The position numbers were made by a program, and so were the translations under genes. The notes below the pieces were generated by a model. The model ran no database searches. It was not told where the DNA came from and saw nothing but the letters and a program-made list of their open reading frames with translations. 64,000 nt of DNA. Origin: Eledone cirrhosa (taxonomy: Eukaryota). The stretch spans positions 658-64,657 of the forward strand of contig CAXHJY010000880.1 in the NCBI GenBank assembly GCA_964016885.1, in the 5' to 3' direction. Position 1 is the first letter of the stretch. Every line of letters begins with the position of its first letter. This document shows positions 55,413 to 64,000 of the stretch, one piece after another.

Positions 55413-56335
55413 CAAATATATATTTAAATAGGACTACCCTTCGTTAGCTTCATATAGAGTAAATATATATTTCAGTAGAACTACCCTTCGTTAGCTTCAT
55501 ATACAGTAAATATATATTTCAGTAGAACTACCCTTTGTTAGCTTCATATACAGTAAATATATATTTCAGTAGAACTACCCTTTGTTAGCTTCATATACAG
55601 TAAATATATATTTCAGTAGAACTACCCTTCGTTAGCTTCATATACAGTAAATATATATTTCAGTAGAACTACCCTTCGTTAGCGTCATATACAGTAAATA
55701 TATATTTCAGTAGAACTACCCTTCGTTAGCTTCATATACAGTAAATATATATTTCAGTAGAACTACCCTTCGTTAGCTTCATATACAGTAAATATATATT
55801 TCAGTAGAACTACCCTTCGTTAGCTTCATATACAGTAAATATATATTTCAGTAGAACTACCCTTCGTTAGCTTCATATAGAGTAAATATATATTTCAGTA
55901 GAACTACCCTTTGTTAGCTTCATATACAGTAAATATATATTTCAGTAGAACTACCCTTCGTTAGCTTCATATACAGTAAATATATATTTCAGTAGAACTA
56001 CCCTTCGTTAGCTTCATATAGAGTAAATATATATTTCAGTAGAACTACCCTTTGTTAGCTTCATATACAGTAAATATATATTTCAGTAGAACTACCCTTC
56101 GTTAGCTTCATATACAGTAAATATATATTTCAGTAGAACTACCCTTCGTTAGCTTCATATACAGTAAATATATATTTCAGTAGAACTACCCTTCGTTAGC
56201 TTCATATAGAGTAAATATATATTTCAGTAGAACTACCCTTCGTTAGCTTCATATACAGTAAATATATATTTCAGTAGAACTACCCTTTATTAGCTTTGCA
56301 CACCTTGCTGCATATACAGTAAATATATTTCCAGT
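55413..56335. repeat. 47-bp minisatellite filling almost the whole intron between VCPIP1 coding exons 4 and 5
   Basis: Unit tacagtaaatatatatttcagtagaactacccttcgttagcttcata. Confidence 0.95.
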
Positions 56336-56348
56336 TGAACTCTTGTAG

Positions 56349-56543
56349 GTGTTATGAGTATCAAGCCTGAAACTGTGATCTACACGGCTAAGAAGCTAGT
56401 ACGAGAGTGCCATCTCTATCGCTGTATCAACTGTGAAGCTTTGTGTGAATTTCAAACTCCAAAACGGTCTTTTGGTGATCTGAGTCATTCTTCTGACATG
56501 GATGCCAACAAACTGCAGTTCCAGGGCCCGGACGAAGGAAGAG
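56349..56543 (+). CDS. VCPIP1: VCIP135 coding exon 5 (GVMSIKPETVIYTAKKLVRECHLYRCINCEALCEF...)
   Basis: cttgtag acceptor, GTATGT donor, phase 1-1; AKK...LxxCxxCxAL matches VCIP135. Confidence 0.88.
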
Positions 56544-56649
56544 GTATGTATTGGCATTTTTAATCTTTAACCCGCTCTAGGGGTCTTATGTCGCCAATAG
56601 AGTAATCTCCCTTTAATACACAATACACTGTCTTAGGGAAGTGATTCAT

Positions 56650-59600
56650 ATGTCTACACCTATGTTATAAACACCTTAACCACACAGCCATACCTACACC
56701 ACACAGCCATGTCTACACCTATGTTGTGAAGTGAACACCTTAACCACACAGCCATACCTACACCACACAGCCATGTCTACACCTATGTTGTGAAGTAAAC
56801 ACCTTAACAACACAGCCATGTCGACACCTATGTTGTGATGTAAACACCTTAACAACACAGTCATACCTACACCACACAGCCATGTCTACACCTATGTTGT
56901 GATGTAAACACCTTAACAACACAGTCATACCTACACTACACAGCCATGTCTACACCTATGTTGTGATGTAAACACCTCAACAACACAGCCATGTCTACAC
57001 CACACAGCCATGTCTACACCTATGTTGTGATGTAAACACCTTAACAACACAGCCATGTCTACACCTATGTTGTGAAGTGAACACCTTAACCACACAGCCA
57101 TACCTACACCACACAGCCATGTCTACACCTATGTTGTGATGTAAACACCTTAACAACACAGCCATGTCTACACCTATGTTGTGAAGTGAACACCTTAACC
57201 ACACAGCCATACCTACACCACACAGCCATGTCTACACCTATGTTGTGAAGTGAACACCTTAACCACACAGCCATGTCTACACCTATGTTGTGAAGTGAAC
57301 ACCTTAACCACACTGTCATACCTACACCACACAGCCATGTCTACACCTATGTTGTGAAGTGAACACCTTAACCACACAACCATGTCTACACCTATGTTGT
57401 GATGTAAACACCTTAACAACACAGTCATACCTACACCACACAGCCATGTCTACACCTATGTTGTGAAGTGAACACCTTAACCACACAGCCATACCTACAC
57501 CACACAGCCATGTCTACACCTATGTTGTGAAGTGAACACCTTAACCACACAGCCATACCTACACCACACAGCCATGTCTACACCTATGTTGTGATGTAAA
57601 CACCTTAACCACACAGTCATACCTACACCACACAGCCATGTCTACACCTATGTTGTGATGTAAACACCTTAACAACACAGCCATGTCTACACCACACAGC
57701 CATGTCTACACCTATGTTGTGAAGTGAACACCTTAACCACACAGCCATGTCTACACCTATGTTGTGATGTAAACACCTTAACCACACAGCCATGTCTACA
57801 CCTATGTTGTGATGTAAACACCTTAACAACACAGTCATACCTACACCACACAGCCATGTCTACACCTATGTTGTGATGTAAACACCTTAACAACACAGTC
57901 ATACCTACACCACACAGCCATGTCTACACCTATGTTGTGATGTAAACACCTTAACCACACAGCCATACCTACACCACACAGCCATGTCTACACCTATGTT
58001 GTGATGTAAACACCTTAACAACACAGTCATACCTACACCACACAGCCATGTCTACACCTATGTTGTGATGTAAGCACCTTAACAACACAGTCATACCTAC
58101 ACCACACAGCCATGTCTACACCTATGTTGTGATGTAAGCACCTTAACAACACAGTCATACCTACACCACACAGCCATGTCTACACCTATGTTGTGATGTA
58201 AACACCTTAACCACACAGCCATACCTACACCACACAGCCATGTCTACACCTATGTTGTGATGTAAACACCTTAACCACACAGCCATGTCTACACCTATGT
58301 TGTGATGTAAACACCTTAACCACACAGCCATACCTACACCACACAGCCATGTCTACACCTATGTTGTGATGTAAACACCTTAACCACACAGCCATACCTA
58401 CACCACACAGCCATGTCTACACCTATGTTGTGATGTAAACACCTCAACAACACAGTCATACCTACACCACACAGCCATGTCTACACCTATGTTGTGAAGT
58501 AAACACCTTAACCACACAGCCATACCTACACCACACAGCCATGTCTACACCTATGTTGTGATGTAAACACCTTAACCACACAGCCATACCTACACCACAC
58601 AGCCATGTCTACACCTATGTTGTGATGTAAACACCTTAACCACACAGCCATACCTACACCACACAGCCATGTCTACACCTATGTTGTGATGTAAACACCT
58701 CAACAACACAGTCATACCTACACCACACAGCCATGTCTACACCTATGTTGTGAAGTAAACACCTTAACCACACAGCCATACCTACACCACACAGCCATGT
58801 CTACACCTATGTTGTGATGTAAACACCTTAACCACACAGCCATACCTACACCACACAGCCATGTCTACACCTATGTTGTGATGTAAACACCTTAACCACA
58901 CAGTCATACCTACACCACACAGCCATGTCTACACCTATGTTGTGAAGTAAACACCTCAACAACACAGTCATACCTACACCACACAGCCATGTCTACACCT
59001 ATGTTGTGATGTGAACACCTTAACCACACAGCCATGTCTACACCACACAGCCATGTCTACACCTATGTTGTGATGTAAACACCTTAACAACACAGTCATA
59101 CCTACACCACACAGCCATGTCTACACCTATGTTGTGATGTAAACACCTTAACAACACAGTCATACCTACACCACACAGCCATGTCTACACCTATGTTGTG
59201 ATGTAAACACCTTAACCACACAGCCATACCTACACCACACAGCCATGTCTACACCTATGTTGTGATGTAAACACCTTAACCACACAGCCATGTCTACACC
59301 TATGTTGTGATGTAAACACCTTAACCACACAGCCATACCTACACCACACAGCCATGTCTACACCTATGTTGTGATGTAAACACCTTAACCACACAGCCAT
59401 ACCTACACCACACAGCCATGTCTACACCTATGTTGTGATGTAAACACCTCAACAACACAGTCATACCTACACCACACAGCCATGTCTACACCTATGTTGT
59501 GAAGTAAACACCTTAACCACACAGCCATACCTACACCACACAGCCATGTCTACACCTATGTTGTGATGTAAACACCTTAACCACACAGCCATACCTACAC

Positions 59601-60480
59601 CACACAGCCATGTCTACACCTATGTTGTGATGTAAACACCTTAACCACACAGCCATACCTACACCACACAGCCATGTCTACACCTATGTTGTGATGTAAA
59701 CACCTTAACCACACAGTCATACCTACACCACACAGCCATGTCTACACCTATGTTGTGAAGTAAACACCTCAACAACACAGTCATACCTACACCACACAGC
59801 CATGTCTACACCTATGTTGTGATGTGAACACCTTAACCACACAGCCATACCTACACCACACAGCCATGTCTACACCTATGTTGTGATGTGAACACCTTAA
59901 CCACACAGCCATGTCTACACCTATGTTGTGAAGTGAACACCTTAACCACACAGCCATACCTACACCACACAGCCATGTCTACACCTATGTTGTGATGTAA
60001 ACCCCTTAACCACACAGCCATGTCTACACCTATGTTGTGAAGTAAACACCTTAACCACACAGCCATACCTACACCACACAGCCATGTCTACACCTATGTT
60101 GTGATGTAAACACCTTAACCACACAGCCATACCTACACCACACAGCCATGTCTACACCTATGTTGTGATGTAAACACCTTAACCACACAGCCATGTCTAC
60201 ACCTATGTTGTGAAGTAAACACCTTAACCACACAGCCATACCTACACCACACAGCCATGTCTACACCTATGTTGTGATGTAAACACCTTAACCACACAGC
60301 CATGTCTACACCTATGTTGTGAAGTGAACACCTTAACCACACAGCCATACCTACACCACACAGCCATGTCTACACCTATGTTGTGAAGTAAACACCTTAA
60401 CCACACAGCCATACCTACACCACACAGCCATGTCTACACCTATGTTGTGAAGTGAACACCTTAACCACACAGCCATACCT
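56650..60480. repeat. Composite 45+19-bp minisatellite (3.8 kb)
   Basis: Modules gccatgtctacacctatgttgtgatgtaaacaccttaaccacaca and gccatacctacaccacaca. Confidence 0.95.
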
Positions 60481-60523
60481 GCTAGGGGTTAGCTAATCAA
60501 TATTTCAATAATATTTATTTCAG

Positions 60524-60629
60524 ATATCCAGCCTACACTAATCTGTTCATGTCCACATAATGTCCTCCAACACTACAACGCTACAAAAGATATTATCACC
60601 AGACAACTCTCTTGTTCACATTGTAAATC
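60524..60629 (+). CDS. VCPIP1: VCIP135 coding exon 6 (DIQPTLICSCPHNVLQHYNATKDIITRQLSCSHCK)
   Basis: tttcag acceptor, GTAAGT donor, phase 1-2 fits both neighbours; CxxC before the next conserved block. Confidence 0.8.
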
Positions 60630-60808
60630 GTAAGTAAATATATATATGTTTTTATTCTCTCATTATCAAGCTGGTGTTTGGAGCATAACTTAACAAAGGT
60701 TCTTCCATAAAATTATAATGAAGTTTTTTTTTTAGATAAATATAAACATTTTAAAAACAAGCAGAGATAGTTTTGTATGAAAAGGGTTTTAATTTTTTGT
60801 TGTTTCAG

Positions 60809-60946
60809 GAGACACGTTCGCTTGGTTGACAGTGATGGTTCTGTTCATTATCGGAATGGTGATCGTACAATCTCCAAGTCTGCTAGGAGCAAATGTGGCT
60901 ACAGACATTTCTGGAATGGCAAGGAATATGACAATCTCCCTGATAT
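60809..60946 (+). CDS. VCPIP1: VCIP135 coding exon 7 (SRHVRLVDSDGSVHYRNGDRTISKSARSKCGYRHFWNGKEYDNLPD)
   Basis: tttcag acceptor, GTAAGT donor, phase 2-2; DGS..Y.xGDRT and HFWxGKEYDNLP are conserved in VCIP135; gene continues beyond the window. Confidence 0.92.
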
Positions 60947-61351
60947 GTAAGTTACAAACGAGAATTCTTTGCTCTCTTCCTGCTGGAAACCACTCAGACA
61001 TGACATTGGTTGGTGGTAGTGGTGGTAGTGGTGGTGGTAGGTGGTAGTGGTTATGGTGGTAGGTGGGTGGGTGGGGGTGTGGGGGTTAAGGGCTGCACAT
61101 GGTTGACCAATTATTATCCAAACGGCCTTAATGAAGCAGAGTATTGTGGTGATTTTTGTTGTTGTTTAGCCCTGGTCAGCTGGTTTTTGGAATATAATTT
61201 AATGCCCAGTTCACACTGAAAAGACCTTGTGTGGGTGTCATGACAAAGAGTACCGACAGGGTGGGCAGAGTGCTTTTTGTCAAGGCACCGTTATTATCAC
61301 TTTACAGGGTGGACTGGGTGCTTTTAAGGCATGTATGTATATGCGTAACTA

Positions 61352-62383
61352 TTAACCCTTTAGCATTTAAACCGTCCATATCTGACCAGAATCCTCTCAC
61401 CTCTTTTTGTTCAAACCAGCTGTAAATGGCCACTCATACTGATGTTAAAGTATTGGTCTCAAAATTAATAATATCAAAATCTCATAGATTCGATATTATG
61501 TGAGATATTATGTGAGGTAAAGCCTTTACTGTGAAAATACAATAGTATATATAGAGTAATGTAAATGTTATGTGAGATATTATGTGAGGTAAAGCCTTTA
61601 CTGTGAAAATACAATAGTATATATAGAGTAATGTAAATGTTATGTGAGATATTATGTGAGGTAAAGCTTTTACTGTGAAAATATAATAGTATATATAGAG
61701 TAATGTAAATGTTATGTGAGATATTATGTGAGGTAAAGCCTTTACTGTGAAAATACAATAGTATATATAGAGTAATGTAAATGTTATGTGAGATATTATG
61801 TGAGGTAAAGCCTTTACTGTGAAAATACAATAGTATATATAGAGTAATGTAAATGTTATGTGAGATATTATGTGAGGTAAAGCCTTTACTGTGAAAATAC
61901 AATAGTATATATAGAGTAATGTAAATGTTATGTGAGATATTATGTGAGGTAAAGCCTTTACTGTGAAAATACAATAGTATATATAGAGTAATGTAAATGT
62001 TATGAGATATTATGTGAGGTAAAGCCTTTACTGTGAAAATACAATAGTATATATAGAGTAATGTAAATGTTTTGTGAGATAAAGCCTTTACTGTGAAAAT
62101 ACAATAGTATATATAGAGTAATGTAAATGTTATGTGAGATATTATGTAAGGTAAAGCCTTTACTGTGAAAATACAATAGTATATATAGAGTAATGTAAAT
62201 GTTATGTGAGGTAAAGCCTTTACTGTGAAAATACAATAGTATATATAGAGTAATGTAAATGTTATGTGAGATATTATGTGAGGTAAAGCCTTTACTGTGA
62301 AAATACAATAGTATATATAGAGTAATGTAAATGTTATGTGAGATAAAGCCTTTACTGTGAAAATACAATAGTATATATAGAGT
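61352..62383 (-). mobile_element. Same MITE family with a 72-bp expansion, interrupted by the L1/Tx1 element
   Basis: TTAACCCTTTAGCATTTAAACC end; reverse complement of the 9002-10299 array. Confidence 0.75.
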
Positions 62384-64000
62384 GGTTTCTTTATTTGCCA
62401 CTAGGGCACAAAAGGTAGGGACAGATACAAAGGGGGGAAGTTTACATATAATTAACGAGTACAAAAATATAACAATGAAATAACAACAACAAACGAAGTC
62501 CTCAATAGGGAGGGGGCATTAACATGGGTCGCACACACCCCGGAAAAAATGTGCAACCCTTCTCCTCAGGAGCACAAAGAGTAGGTGCTTCCCTCGTCTC
62601 CTCTTTTTCCTCTTCTTTCACCTACAGGCTGATATAGAGAGAAGACCCATTCACTCTGGCCATTCTCCCTACTTTCACCCACCTTTCATAAAACTTGCTG
62701 GGGTAGAGCACCTCTCTCTCCATTCTGATCCTTCTTTTAAAATGGTATTTGAAAAAGGGGACCAGTTGTTGGCCGGAGAGAAAGTTGTCTGACCTCAGCC
62801 CTTTCAGCCTCGTCCACCATACAACTTCTTTAGCCATGGCTACCACACAGAGAAAAACCGCCTCTCCTTCGTTTTTGAAAGGGGGAGGCGGTTTGATCGT
62901 GACAATGGACTCGGTGGTCAACCGGATTGGTCCCACCCTCGACAGTAGTCGTTCCACATAGCCCCACAGGTCAGCAATGCCTGGGCAGTGTACGAATGCG
63001 TACGCAACGGTTTCGTCATCATGCACGCATCTCGGACAGATCTTATTCAAAGGATCTCTACCCAGGCTCCCATGCCTGTGGAGCTTGTCTCGAACGGGTA
63101 GAGCCCCTCGGTAGCACTGCCAAGCCAGGGACTTTTGGAAGTTGTCCATCGGTCCAGGGCCAAACGTCCTACCGAACAGACTGGCCAGTTCATCTTCCTC
63201 CATGCCTAGAGCTTCTCCGAGAGCATCGTTGCACCTGCTGCGTACCAACCCTCTATAGAATGTCGACGTGGAGTCTCCACTGATTGCCGGGTCCGCTTTC
63301 CAGAGGGCCGTGAGCGCCTGGGCACATTCAATGTGCCAGTCGCCCACTTTTCTCGGTCTTTGCTTGACCCAGGATTGCAGCTCGGTGAGCGAGACGAGTC
63401 TGGGAAAGGCTCGCCTCACAAACGGGGCCCACACCGGTTGACCGGTGAGGAATACCTGGAGGTGCCGTAGCCTTAATGCGTGTTTACGCATCTGTAGCCA
63501 CGGCATCCCCAGCCCTCCTTTCGAAGGGTGTTGACAGCAGATGGATCTCCTCACCAAAGGGGTCCGCTTGTTCCAAAGAAATTGGAACAGCGCGCACTCC
63601 ATTTTGGCGAGTCTTTTCACTGGGCAAGGCACGACGGTCAAGCGGTAGTAGATGACGGATGCTATATAAGTATTCGCCACCTCCGCTCGACCTTTCAGGG
63701 ATAGTTTGCACTGGGCCCACTTCTGGGTGAGTGCAAACACCCTGGCCGTTACCTCGTTCCAGTTTTTCTCCACCTGGAGGTCTGGTCCGAACCAGACCCC
63801 AAGCAGCTTCACCGGGCCCTCCGTCCAGCGTCCGACGACGTCGTTGGAGGGCATCGGTTTGCCTCTCCATGTTCCGAGTTGCAAACCGACGGACTTGTCC
63901 CGGTTCAGCTTGGCTCCTGTAAACCTTTCATATTCCTCCAGTAAGGTGCCGATCTCACCGATTTGCGAGGTTTTCGACACCATTACTGTCACGTCATCGG
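62384..64000 (-). mobile_element. L1/Tx1-clade LINE, ORF2 C-terminal half and 3' UTR; runs off the window
   Basis: Uninterrupted ORF 62622-63992: GAKLNRDKS, KLLGVWF, LSLKGRAEVAN, GGLGMP, zf-RVT CPRC..DETVAYAFVHC; AATAAA near 62390. Confidence 0.92.

Overview
Eukaryotic, AT-microsatellite- and repeat-rich genomic DNA. The SINE/LINE repertoire suggests a cephalopod, probably Octopus; this is inferred, not verified. Two intron-rich housekeeping genes lie head-to-head. On the - strand is protein phosphatase 1 inhibitor-2 (PPP1R2; coding exons 38938-39014 and 3622-3849, ~35 kb intron 1). On the + strand is the OTU deubiquitinase VCIP135 (VCPIP1; seven coding exons from 42644 to 60946, continuing beyond the window). 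The introns hold RTE-clade and L1/Tx1-clade LINE pieces, a DD37D mariner fragment, tRNA-derived SINEs, a TTAA-flanked MITE and many minisatellites, several born inside transposons. Almost all ORFs in the supplied track are repeat artefacts. The most striking unannotated signal is a set of type I hammerhead-ribozyme motifs from about seven sequence-distinct families, resembling Penelope pseudo-LTRs or non-LTR retrozymes. They include a 310-bp tandem array with one complete hammerhead per unit, a hammerhead with a ~115-nt stem II, and several fold-back-truncated copies. Complete motifs are antisense to the host genes, except one that is masked by its own antisense copy. Also seen: a near-identical inverted LINE pair bracketing PPP1R2 exon 2, and a possible decayed Sec5/EXOC2-like gene nested antisense in PPP1R2 intron 1. 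All structures were read by eye; no database search or folding program was run.
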